DNA from: Botryllus schlosseri
Taxonomy: Eukaryota
Length of the DNA: 64,000 bases
Direction of reading: 5' to 3'
Assembly (NCBI GenBank): GCA_051294905.1
Contig: CM119372.1
Span: forward strand, 16,060,001-16,124,000
Below, one piece after another: positions 52,295-64,000 of the stretch (position 1 is its first letter; the number at the start of each line of letters is the position of its first letter). The notes under the pieces were generated by a model. The model did not search any database. It was not told the DNA's origin and worked only from the letters and a program-made list of their open reading frames with translations. Made by a program: the position numbers and the translations under genes.

Positions 52295-52970
52295 ACATTA
52301 CGACGTCACCCTGATTGACGTTACTATCTCCATATTTTTATTTTTTTCACAGACCCAAACAAAACGTCTCTAAACAGCAATGTGTTTGTATCAGCAGGTT
52401 ATTGGAAAATTGGCAATGAAAATGAATTTCCACACTACGATAGTTAATGTGAGACGATTATTATTATGATATCAGTCATGAGGTTTTAGCAGTTGTGGTG
52501 CGAAACTGCCTCATGCTTTCTCAAATTAAAAAATAAAATAAAAATTAGGTTATCAACCATATTAATAATTTAGTGGTCTCGCGGACCGCCTGAAATTGCT
52601 TCGCGGACCCCCGGTTGAGAACCGCTGCCCTAAATACTCAGGTGTTTATGATGTTAGACTGTTTCAACTTCAAAACAGTTTCAGTATTAACCAAAAATAC
52701 ACCTAGAATACTAACTTTTTACTTACTCGGAAATGGCTACTTCTACTTTCATTGTAGAGATTCCTCAGACATCGTAGCTTCTCCTACTTGAGTTCTCCAA
52801 AATGTTCATTATAAAACTACTTCGCTATCGAATTGCTCTGGTAGGATAATTGCGACAAAAACTCGGGTACTAATTTCAAAGTAGCTCCGATCCCTAAATG
52901 AGCTCTGACTCCTTGTTATCTTGCAGACCACGGAACTACCACGTGTATTACCTTACCCTTACCTTTTCAC

Positions 52971-53340
52971 ATGAGAAAAAGGTGGAAATAAATCCAGAAC
53001 ATATTCCTTGTCAAGGAATTTTGTTATGTACAAACTCGACGGTCCAAGCGTTAAGGCAAATACGGAGGCTGAGATAACTTTACGGCGAGCTACAGATGAA
53101 ATGGTGAGGCCACATTAAAGTGTTGTAAACACACTCTCTAAACGTCTCCGTTATAGTGACGTCGAAGTCAATAAAAAATATGAAGAATATTCAGCCGATA
53201 AGCGAATGTTATTTATGATAGCTGATGAGATTTTTAAAGATACCCAAGACACCCGGGGTAGGATTGTCTGTCTCTTTGTGCTCGGTAGAATTCTTGACCA
53301 CAATAAAGAGGCTGAGCATCATGGCGAGCATATGGAACAG
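52971..53340 (+). pseudogene. Bcl-2-family (BH4-BH3-BH1) pseudogene
   Basis: One frame reads SRTYSLSRNFVMYKL (BH4-like), EITLRRATDEM (BH3-like), in-frame TAA at 53116-53118, then IADEIFKDTQDTRGRIVCLFVLG (BH1-like). Confidence 0.75.
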
Positions 53341-55167
53341 GGGTCGCCAACTCAAAGCGGGTCAATATTGAGGTAAAAAGAGGCAACGCAGTTTAACAAC
53401 TACGTTTTCATAACTCTATGTCAGTACAACGCCGTAGCCTGCTCTCTAACATGCAGGACGGGCATAGTTACGACAAAAGCAATCATACTTATTTGAAGAA
53501 ATACTGTCTGCGTCACATATATCAGGGGGTTCTTAAGGTATGGTTCTTAAGGTCGCGAAGGGTATAATTTTGGGTCGTGACGACACCGGAGAGATCTAAT
53601 ATATGTACGTAATATAGTTGTTGAAGTTCTTTCAACGAAAAATTTCTTCGCGCGTTTTTCTTTCGGATATTTTGTATATTTTCGATGTCACTGTCCTGGG
53701 TACTAAAGCCAATAAGCGAGATTTGCAGAAAAGTCGTCACTACAATACGGCTTGATAGGGAAAAGGCGTCGACCTTTGTTTTACACAAGCTGGTTTGAAG
53801 TCAATAAAGGATTTGTCCGACATTGGATTCACTAGAAAACACCGTCGGAGATCGTTGGGATGCGTTAGTGTAGAGGGGTGTGCAATGATCGAGGCGGGAC
53901 TATGAGACACATGTAATTCGAGAGCAACCCGCTTTCCGCACTGGAAGTTTCGGCCTTTTTACGGATCGCAAAAGTTCCATATCAACAAGATCCGCGGTGA
54001 TAAAACCTTGGCTAAAAGCGACCGTCGCTTGTTAGCTAAAACCTTCAATATTTATATATGTGGTCGTTGAAATGGGTGGTAATAGTCGGCACAGTTCTGT
54101 CCGCACAATAATTCACCCCAATTTGAAAATGCGTGCAATAGAAATGATTCTTAGTGCTACGTTACATACAACCGTCGTCTGCGCGTTCGCTACATCATAC
54201 AGGCCCGTAAAAACGTGTAGCAAAGTAGTAGAGGTTTCGGGTCGCGAGATGCCACTAAACTCAGATTTGGGTCGCGGCGCACATAGTTCAAGAACATCAG
54301 TCATATACGGTTCAATTGAGCGCTCTGACAATCCTCATAGCGAAAGACGCACTCTATAACATCGATTTTCTTATAGTAATTTTGTAATAGATTTTCTTCA
54401 ATCAAATCATTTTTTCCTCGGCTCTACGTTTTGTTTACTGAACGGAGAATTGCAGATTTCTTACCGTAAAACTGATTTGTTTCATACATCTCTATCGTTC
54501 AACTAAATCGAACACAAACATTTCTAGGGGAAAGCACTTCTGAAATGTTCGCATTTGTTTTAGTAAATACTATATTTCGTCCACATAATGCGTACCAGTT
54601 GGTGAGAGATTAATGTCTGGAAACTCCTGAACGATCCGCCGGACCGTTATATTGAGTGCGGATTTCCTATATTTCGACAAATCTCCTTAAAAGAGGACGT
54701 AGAGAAACCCTACTAATACTACTACTTATTTCAGGTTGCTATATATATTGCAGGAATAACAAGTGACTAGAAACGCTGCCGAAACTGTATTGGATCCTAT
54801 ACTTGCGGCCCGAAACAAGATTCTGTCGATCTTGCGTTCCTGTTTTTTTAGGATCATTATTCTAGAAACAGCTGAATCGCTGGCTTGCTGAAAAGTGGAT
54901 ATTTCGAGGTAGATTGCAGGTAAGTTTTTGGACCTACTTAGGTAAAGGCCAAAAAGAAGTCAGCCATCCCGGAGTGCTATATATCCCTGTATTATGCGCA
55001 GCAATGAATTACAATTCGCAGGCTTCCACAATACCACAGTGTGCAATTTCGAACTCCAATTAAAAAGACCAACACGAAAATCGCTCATGAACTATTTTGA
55101 ACGCGGGAATGCGACTCATGGGTGCAAATACAATATAATTTAGAGAAGGGGAACGGGAATCTGCTCG

Positions 55168-55388
55168 TCTCGAAATACAACGTCACCAGCATGAAATGAG
55201 ATCTCAATAAAAGAGCGTTCAATTCATTTTCAGTTCAATTTTCAATTCAATTCATTGAACGCTCTCTTATTTGAGATCTCATTTCATGCTGGTGACGTCA
55301 TATTTCGAGAAACGATTGTTGATATAATATGTTCTTTCCTTGCTGACGATTACCCGTGACGAGCGTCAACCGAAAATATTCTGGTTCT
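55168..55388. mobile_element. Penelope-like terminal repeat remnant forming an inverted repeat
   Basis: cgtcaccagcatgaaatgagatctcaa...gagcgttcaat is inverted across a ~30-bp spacer; matches 49070-49210. Confidence 0.75.
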
Positions 55389-55392
55389 AGCC

Positions 55393-56090
55393 CAGTGGTT
55401 CCCAACCGGGGGGAATTCCCCCCTTGGGGGGAATTTTGAAATTTTTAGGGGGGAATATGGCTTTGGCATTGTATCGGAAGATACATTGGGTTCACAAGGT
55501 TTTTAGATTTTTATGGTATAGAACTGTTGAATAGAAATTAGTTCTTTACAATTGTATGTTTCTTGTGGCGGATTTCAAGCTAGGTGGATGTTTAAATGCC
55601 TTCCGTATATATTACACCCCCTGATAAAGTGAGGCTCACGATACGATTTCGTTGGGTCCGCGACAGCCTTTCGATCAAATTGCTACTAAGCAGGAAAACG
55701 TCAAGCCGAATTCAGCACAAGGCCACTAGTGAAATTGTTCAACTTTTTAAGCCAACATATGAGCTAACGTGAAAAATATACCGTACCAAATTCATCGATT
55801 CAACTCAAGTCCATAGCCAGCGGACTTGGTGATTTATTCTTCGTCAGCAGCTACCCGACCGGTAAAAAACAGGTCAAATTTGACTGTACTTTACCAAAGT
55901 TTAGTGCGGTCCGCATTCGCAATAGTTCGGACATATCTGAATATGTTTGGCCATTAATTGCTCAGTCAACAAATGTTTGCGCGTTAAAAAGCACATTTTT
56001 TAGTCACAGTCAACTTTTTCATAGGGGGGGAATTTTAGCTCAAATATCGGCCAAGGGGGGGCACGAGACGAAAAAGGTTGGGAACCACTG
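55393..56090. mobile_element. hAT (Charlie-like) MITE
   Basis: CAGTGGTTCCCAACC...GGTTGGGAACCACTG; flanks ttctagcc/gtctagcc (7/8). Confidence 0.88.
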
Positions 56091-56094
56091 GTCT

Positions 56095-56610
56095 AGCCCA
56101 AACCGGACAGCGTATTCGGCTTCTGACTGTTGCTTGAGCAGAGTATAAAACGGGTTCATATGCTTGCTATCGATATCAGGCCTACGACATTAATATGTTA
56201 TACAGTAGCCGGCGCCCCAATCGCACGGATTTGGTTTTCATGACACAATAATGACTGGAGACCGTAAGCCCGCTAATTTATTTCACATTAGACAATGATG
56301 TAATCTTAATAGTTATTTCAGTGATTGGTTGAATAAGCATCAATCGCTGACTACTTACATGCAGTGCATTTCGTTCTTGATGTTGTGTGATTGCGGGTCA
56401 AGGTCACAGCAGAGAGTCTCTAATTATTCAAAAACGGAGAGCTGAATATTTCAAGCAAACTTTTGTAACAAAGCAAGTAAAACTGTAATGTATGGAGGGG
56501 AAAAGTTCACAGCGCAGAACCTACCAAGGTTCGTTTGTGGACGATAACATATAAATTTCAGGAATTCACACACAGAACGCGAACGTCAACCTCTTGTTCA
56601 CACCATCCTT
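56095..56610 (+). mobile_element. Right half of a TAGGGATGG MITE
   Basis: Matches 36130-36770 with a deletion; ends ttcacaccatcct. Confidence 0.75.
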
Positions 56611-59600
56611 ACCAACTATCATTATGTCCAAAAGCATGTCCAGTTTTTCACCTTAGTCAATATTCCAGCAATTGATACTAAATATATGCTAGACTCTGTT
56701 TGTGCGCTGTGTTTTTTGTGAATTGCAATATCCTGCGAGAATTTTCAGTTATCAATTTCTGATAATACAGGGATGAAGCAATATATTGTCGTAATAGCCT
56801 TACCGAGCTATGTCGTCATTACAGATTGCCGCTAAGCCAAGGGCGGGCAACTTCTCCGGTTGACGGGCCGGATATGGGGAAATAAAGTACTTGACGGTCG
56901 GGTTCCTGCATCGATACTCGTATTTAGCCACCGACACTGAGATTGGTCGTGTTTAATGTAAACTTAAGTTTAAAAATCACTATTATTTGTGTCTGAAAAA
57001 AGAATGAATAACCAACAGCCACTATGATTTGGCATAGTGAGCAAATAGTAGGGAATTGCGGCAAACTGGGACCACGGGCCGTTGCGCGCGCCTGGTGCAA
57101 TGTATTGTATACGAACGAGGGTTCGGGATATATTTCAAATTTACCAAGATATCAATTCATACGGGTTGAGAACATGCGTAAATTCCGGTAATGCAAGCCT
57201 TCTCGTGTCGACGAACTTACGAGTAAGCTCCAAACAGTCACACATGCACGCTAAAGAATAACCTACAGTCATGATAATTTGACGTAATAAGCATTAAGCA
57301 AGAAGATTGCGAAATACTGTGGCCGTAGGCCACATTATTATGTACGACCAGAAACTCTCTGTGGGCCGCTCAAAATGGTCCGGCCCGCAGGCCGTATGTT
57401 TTCCGTCACTGCTCTAAGCTTATACATACTGTCTCGTTGAACAGTTCAACATTCATTGAGATTTGACGCATGACTGAGTGTAAGGCTTCAGTGTTTCAAG
57501 CGTAAACAACGTTCAGCTTTTACCGACAATTAGTAACACCTCAAGCAACTCGATAATTGGATGTAGGGAGCCCAGATGCCCTATTGCTTTTTATTCTTAA
57601 TGTGCCATTTGATGCGTGGAATCAAATATTCAAGTCTACGGCAGTATCTTTTTCAGGTATTTTAGGCAATCTGGCAACCATTGATGAATTATTCCATCGG
57701 CTTACTTGAAACAATGACAATAGAAAGTAATACAAAATCTTTGTGTCAATATCATGTTTATGGTCGATCGTTTGAAAGTCAAGAATATGCTTTATTGAGA
57801 TAAACTTCTGCTGTCCTAATCATCTTGTGAGTCATCAATAAAAAATGCTCTGGTCATTCTAGCGGTCTTCCAATCCACACAAAAACATGCAGCTGAATGA
57901 TTTCCCTAAATGATTGAGTTTTATCTCTCCGTTTCAGGATCGCGTGTCCAAAGTTTTATTGTGCGCTGTGGTAAAATCGCGACATACATGTCACTGCAAT
58001 GAGCTGTATTTATTTTTCAGCCTCGATTACGCTGGCAACGATTGTTCATATAACCAGTGGTTCTCATCCTTTTCGGCCTTGCGGCACCCTCTCATGGGAG
58101 AAAATGGTTTGCAGCACCCAAGAACTAGCTCCAGTATACCCAAATTGGTGAGTAGCGTAATGTTGCACGTTACACCGGTGCAATACTATTTCGTCGCGCG
58201 TTCGATTCTGATCGGTGTCAACTTCTGATTTCGCTCCAGAGTGTTGTAGGCTTATCTAGGCTCATCCTCGCTGTCGGTCTGTTGTGAATCGGTGTCTCAC
58301 AAAAGGTTTGGAGCGAAAGTGAGTCGTGCTCTAAGTTATGGCATCTCAAGAATTAGCGTTCCGGTGTAAAATGACCATACAGGTAGAAATACCAGGAACA
58401 CTATACATAAACGACGAGAATACCCTGAGTGCAAGTTATACAAGATGCTGACCAAAAGAATACATTGATGAAAGGTCTTCATGGTTCAGCCACAGGCTTA
58501 AAAGGGGTGTCTATAGAAAAAGGTCCCCACCTTGGACCAATATCAAGATCTAATTGCTCGGGTAGTGACCATTAGTTTAGTAAGATTTACTCACATAGCA
58601 TATGCAAATATATGTGGATAAGTGGTCGTTTCGTCGCGAAGGCGGTGGAAGCTCCGGTTTGATTCTCAGCAGTAGCAAGTTGCGAAGCTTGAGAGTTTTA
58701 TCTGAGACTCTCCAGCCCTATGTCGCTGTGCTCACAACATTCTTTCAAAATATAATCCCCGAGAAAGTTCCGATCAATGATGAATAAAACTTGCGAGGAA
58801 GTCTACGAAAGAAAGATAAAGATCGAACACTGACAGCATGAGGCTCAGGGGGATGCCAGATTGAGAGACCGTACTTCGTCGCTTCGACATCCTTCTATAG
58901 TCGTTCACTATATGACATTGTACGTTGTGTGTAGGAGTAAGTAAAGAAAAAGAACCACCGATTATGTCAAGCTCAGAATTTTTGATTCCATAATTTTTGT
59001 TGTACGTCGACCTTGTTTACCACATTCGCTCGCGAGACCCCTGAGAAGCCCAGTCGGGATACTAGCGTTCCGCGGCAGCTCGGTTGAGAACCACTGACTC
59101 AAACCAGCGAGATTCAGCGCAATGCACGGTATCCCTAGGCCACGAAAGGCACTTGTCTCTGTGATATTTCCCATAATATACATTCTCTGAATGGTCGATA
59201 CTTGCTGAGAACAGCATATTAGGTTGTATAAGATCGCGTATGGATATTGGGTATGCGTCATCAGTATTATATTTGAAGCAGTTAACGGCACAGTATAGGC
59301 CTATCTTGCACTGTTTTGGAAATGATTAGGCGTCGAGCGTCGGAAAGTTTTCATTTTTTCGGGAAGGTATTACAATATAAGTTGATTGCGATGTCGATTA
59401 TTGGTAACGAGTTGTGTGTTGGATTTCGATATCCTTCAGTGTAAAGCTGTTAGTTTTCATCACGCCTTCGCTATCACCAAACGCCGCTTAGCATGGATTT
59501 GCTATGCCTTGAGTTGCCACAGAAGAATCCAGAGCAGATACGGCAAACTGCAAAATATAAATGAAATATATTACTGACGCTCTCGCAAACACTTTGCAAT

Positions 59601-59788
59601 ACCACGCTATTGACTTGAAGAGGATAGGTTTCAGAATTTGAAATTTATTTCGAACATGCAGGAAAAAGTGGTATTTACAAACACAAGACATCAAATGGTG
59701 AAGATCCACCTGTCTAGCAGTGTTTTAGTGCACAAATATACGTGTGTAACAGTATACATCGCTATCACATAAAATCAGATATAGATAA

Positions 59789-60777
59789 TAGGGATGGTGT
59801 GAACCTCTGAAAGGTTCAGGTTCGTGTGAACGCGAACCTTTTTGAAAGGTTCTGTGTGAACACGAACGTGAACCTCGTGACGTCACGTGACGTCATATTG
59901 CTAATTCCAACCCTTTCTTTCAATGAAGTGATAGCCTAATATGCCCTATATTAATGTACACGATACCTAGCGAAGATTCGGCCCACATAATGCCAAAATG
60001 CTGAAGTACATATCGGCGTTTTAAACGTCGCTAAATGTATCAACCGCGGTAATCGAAGGATATAATAATTGCATAAAATCAGTACATTCCGTCGCTTTGC
60101 CAACAATTTCGACGAGGACTTACCAAGGAATATAAGCTTACGCCTTAACGGTCTTAGCCAGACCGGACAATGTGTTCGGAGTCTGAGTATTGCTACATTG
60201 ATATTGAGCAGAGTGTACAACGGGTTTCTATACTCGCTACCGATACCACAAACAACAAGTTATGCAGCAGTAGCACGCACCTTAATCGCACGGATTTGGT
60301 TTTAATGATACAGTAAAGATACGAAGTCAAGATTGACCCAGTACGACCGTTCGATTTTTTACATCAGAAGACGATATCAATGTCATTGATTGGTTGACTA
60401 AGCATCATTCGCTGACTACGTATATCGATTGCGGGTCAGGCTCACAGCAGAGAGTCACTAAATATTCACCAACGGAAAGCTAGATATTCCGAGAAAATTT
60501 TTGCAACAAAGCAAGTAAAACTTTTACGGTTGTCGAGGTGCATGGTGCATGCTCGTTTAGTGTTGATTTTTTATGCTGCCAGCACCATGCATGGAGTGGC
60601 CCGCAGTTGAAATGCAATAAATTTGACCCAAAGATCTTATAATGGAGTGAAAATTACAATTTACCAAAAGGTTCACAGTGCAGAACCTACCAAGGTTCTG
60701 TTGTGAACGCGAACCTCTGAATTTCCGAGGTTCACACACAGAACGCGAACGTGAACCTCACGTTCACACCATCCCTA
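59789..60777 (+). mobile_element. TAGGGATGG hAT-type MITE, full length
   Basis: 16-bp TIRs; perfect 8-bp TSD ATAGATAA. Confidence 0.95.
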
Positions 60778-63039
60778 ATAGATAATTCGTGGTTTTTGAC
60801 GATGGATCGAAATTTTGTCATCATTTAGTTTGGATGCAATAGTATTTTGAGATCGAAAAATGATATTCGTTCATTTTAGGCCTACCATATTCATTCTTTT
60901 AGGAGGATTTTCCAAATACCTCTGTGGTCCACCTCAAAATACTACTGTGGCCCACCAGTGGGCCATGGACCACTGGTTAAGAACCACTAGCTTAATCTAA
61001 AGCTTGGTAAAGGTTAAGATTAGTCACGTCATTGAATAAAATACAGTATCCTATCCTATTGCAGTATTTGCGCAGCTTGGGTGGGATAATGCCATCGATT
61101 TAAATGGAAATATTATTACTATTTTTGTTATCATATACCCATGTGACGAATATCGAGCCGGCACTACGTTACTTCATCCGCCAACGATATTGGCCTATAT
61201 AGCAATTCTTACCTCAACGGTCGAATATCACAAAATTTGAAAACAAAGCCGCTGTACAAGAGTTTCATTACTAGTCGAATTTTAGCAGTTGGCATAACTG
61301 ATCCTACCTTGAGCGAAATGGAAATTATGGAAACGTAATTATTGACTCATTAAATGATAAAAAGATATGAGTGAGCATACATATTGAGTTGGAAATATGT
61401 TGGAATTGGGCAATGTATGGAAGAATGATACATAATCTTCCACACATTGTGTGGCAGCTAGTCCTATACGGAAACTGGGGGGTCGCGATCCACCTAAAAT
61501 TATGTACTTTAACAATGATTTACCATTTGTAGACACACAGCAATTAATATATAACGAAATTCCAGATAAAATCGTATTATCATTTGTGTTTACGTTTATA
61601 AATGCCTAGACAGAAAAATTCGCGACAAAAATCTCGAAATTGTAGGCCCTTGCCCAAGGGTTCCCTCTAATTTTTGACGAGTCTGCGCACACTCAGCAAC
61701 TCACTGCGCAGACCCTTGGACAACAGTGCGTAACGACTAAAAAATGTTCACCACTTCGGATTTTTTGTGCGCAACTTAGATTTTCTGTGCGCAGAGACCG
61801 TCTCAGCACTGCGCATTTGTGCACGTGTGCAGCTTAGAGGGGACATTGCCCTTGCCCCATGCACTACCAAATCTTGTCACGAGCCGCCACTGCATGCAAT
61901 AATGGATTTTGTACGACAGAGCTAAACAAACAAACACTCACTTTTTCTTTCTCCTCTCGTTCCATATATTCTGCAACGTGATGTTTTTCTCGACAAAGCA
62001 CAATAATGATTTTTGCATCGGTCTTCAATAAATCTGAGAATTCGCGTCACTATTGAAACGCAAAAATCCGAAGTTGAATAAACTTTCACGACTGTGATGA
62101 TTATGGTGACGCATATTTCGATGATTTTATCAGTGTGAATATTATTCAACATGGGCCTACATCTCGCTTTATTGACAAGGGTGCCACTGGTTTAAATTGT
62201 GGGCACCTGAAAAGATGTGCAATTAATCAATTATGCATCTTTTCTGGAATAACTGGATCCGCGGAACGGCTTTACATACCATGTTTATCGTATAATTGTA
62301 TATTCAATCATTCTGGAAACCAGTATTTAACATTCCGACGTATTTTAAATTGATGATACATATATATATACACCAATATTTACTCTATAACCTCAAGTCA
62401 ACGAAGTAGCCAATGATTACACTGAAGTAGGTGTATAGAGAATCCGAAAATACGATGCAATGTTTTTGTATACAAGTTGGTGGGTTAAGATGCTTTCCAC
62501 ACAGGATTTCCAAAAAATAGCCAGTATTATAGACACTTCTGAAATGGTATGTTCCGTCGCCGGTACAGTGGTTTTACTTCAAAAAAGAGACGTTTTCCTT
62601 GGCGCAGCATATTACTCAGATGTGACCATTAGGACTACATGATCCATTTCTGCCGAAACCCCTCCTAAATTGACCTTCAATATAAGATCGACAGCTGCCT
62701 AAGGTTAAGTCTGGAGTCCATCACTTATTTTGATACTCTCTATGAATGCAAATGTGCAGTCTATAACAGGGTTGGTATCAAGTCACTACCGTCGAGTCCC
62801 AAGTCCATTCAATCGATTTTTAGAGGAGACTCGCGTTAAGTGAAGTGAAGTCACGTCGAGTCAAGTCACGAGTCAAGTCACAAAGTCATGTCGAATTTTC
62901 GAAGTTCGAGGTATGATACAAGCCATTGCATTTCAAAAAATCATTGAATGCAGAATGATCCAATCGAGTAACGAATATCGAGTTGGTTACACTTTCAACG
63001 GGGTGTTGTATGGCTCACATGCAGGCAGTATCAACAGAG

Positions 63040-64000
63040 CAGAGGTGGTCAAAGTAGTCAAGAAAGCTACTCAAGTAGAAGTAGAAGTAGCGACGAAAAA
63101 ATCTACTCAAGTACGAGTAGAAGTATTTCTTTCATAAGTAACCTAAAACTACTTGAAGTAGAAGTAGAATTGACTGACTTTAAATCTATTCAAGTAAGTA
63201 AGTAGTTGTGAAAACGATCGTAATTAGTTCACATGGACTGATAAAAGCTGCAAATAGAGCTATGCGGAAGATTTAGAGAGCTTGATTCATATTGATGCAT
63301 CCCAGGAGGTGTCAATTTTTGATAGAATAAGCAGTCGTCCACATCATGGGATGAATGTAAGGCATTAAAACGCATGCTTTTATACTTCAACATGTATGTT
63401 CTCCAGACAAAGGAACTGCAACTATAATTAGAACTCAACGTATAATACTCGTAATTGAAAGAAAAATACAAATACTACTTCTAAAAAGCGGAAAATATAT
63501 TTCATATCTTTTGTCCAGAAACTTTCAACGGTTGTCTGCTAAAACAGGTATAACGTTAAAAAAGTCCATGTCCGGATTAGGACATGTCATGGGCTGCTAG
63601 GTATGATAAGTAATTGCTGGATTGCGATTAACGGCAGTTTCAAACGTTATGGGGGAATAGTTTCTGTGATGAAATATTTGATATAGGTGACAATGCGGTG
63701 TGAACGGAACCACGCAACCCGGTATCTAAATTATATTCGGCGACACTTTCGATAAAACATATTTGTCCCTCCATATCTACTGTGCGCGAAGAGCAACGAT
63801 AATTCTGGGTATTACATGGCTTTTATGAAAACTAAATGTTGGTACTACGTGAAGACAGCCTCAAAATTCCTTAGGCCATCTTTCTTATTGGAGGATTAAA
63901 CCACTTCTACTTGACAAACTGAAAATAGCGAAAACTCAGCAAGTAGTTCACAAAATATTACGTAGTAAAAGTAGAAGTAGTGAGAAAAAAGATCTACTTG
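63040..64000 (+). mobile_element. CAGAGGTGG-ended MITE with AAGTAG-rich subterminal repeats (runs off the window)
   Basis: cagaggtggtcaaagtagtc followed by (aagtag)n; similar motifs again at 63900-64000. Confidence 0.5.

Larger units (their letters stand above)
48845..52627 (+). mobile_element. hAT (Charlie-like) MITE expanded by nested insertions
   Basis: CAGTGGTTCTC...GAGAACCGCTG; perfect 8-bp TSD CCCTAAAT. Confidence 0.85.

Noticed and set aside
54155..54320. GADD34/ICP34.5-like PP1-binding motif in a broken frame
   Set aside because: Similarity is too weak and is interrupted by stops.
58055..59096. Single hAT MITE bounded by CAGTGGTTCTC...GAGAACCACTG
   Set aside because: Flanks catataac/actcaaac do not form a TSD, so the ends may come from separate fragments.

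Overview
AT-rich, intron-containing animal DNA. A marine invertebrate such as an ascidian is plausible, but that is inference. The only intact cellular gene I can read is a spliced GTP cyclohydrolase I (GCH1), with five coding exons at 22-6452 (+) and its 5' end outside the window. The rest is dominated by transposons. 13587-33757 is a Russian-doll nest: a hAT MITE contains a second, exactly split hAT MITE, which contains an 18-kb CACTG...CAGTG element. Inside that sit a hATm transposon with ~530-bp TIRs and a 9.5-kb foldback-like unit whose inverted arms are 212-bp tandem arrays around a broken Ulp1/C48 protease. A second nest (48845-52627) holds a 5'-truncated Penelope-like retroelement (RT + GIY-YIG, 13-bp TSD) with a minimal hammerhead ribozyme motif. 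A disrupted Bcl-2-family sequence lies at ~52971-53340. Many hAT-type MITEs occur, including about 8 copies or fragments of a TAGGGATGG-ended family. Nearly all short ORFs in the supplied track are artefacts of repeats.
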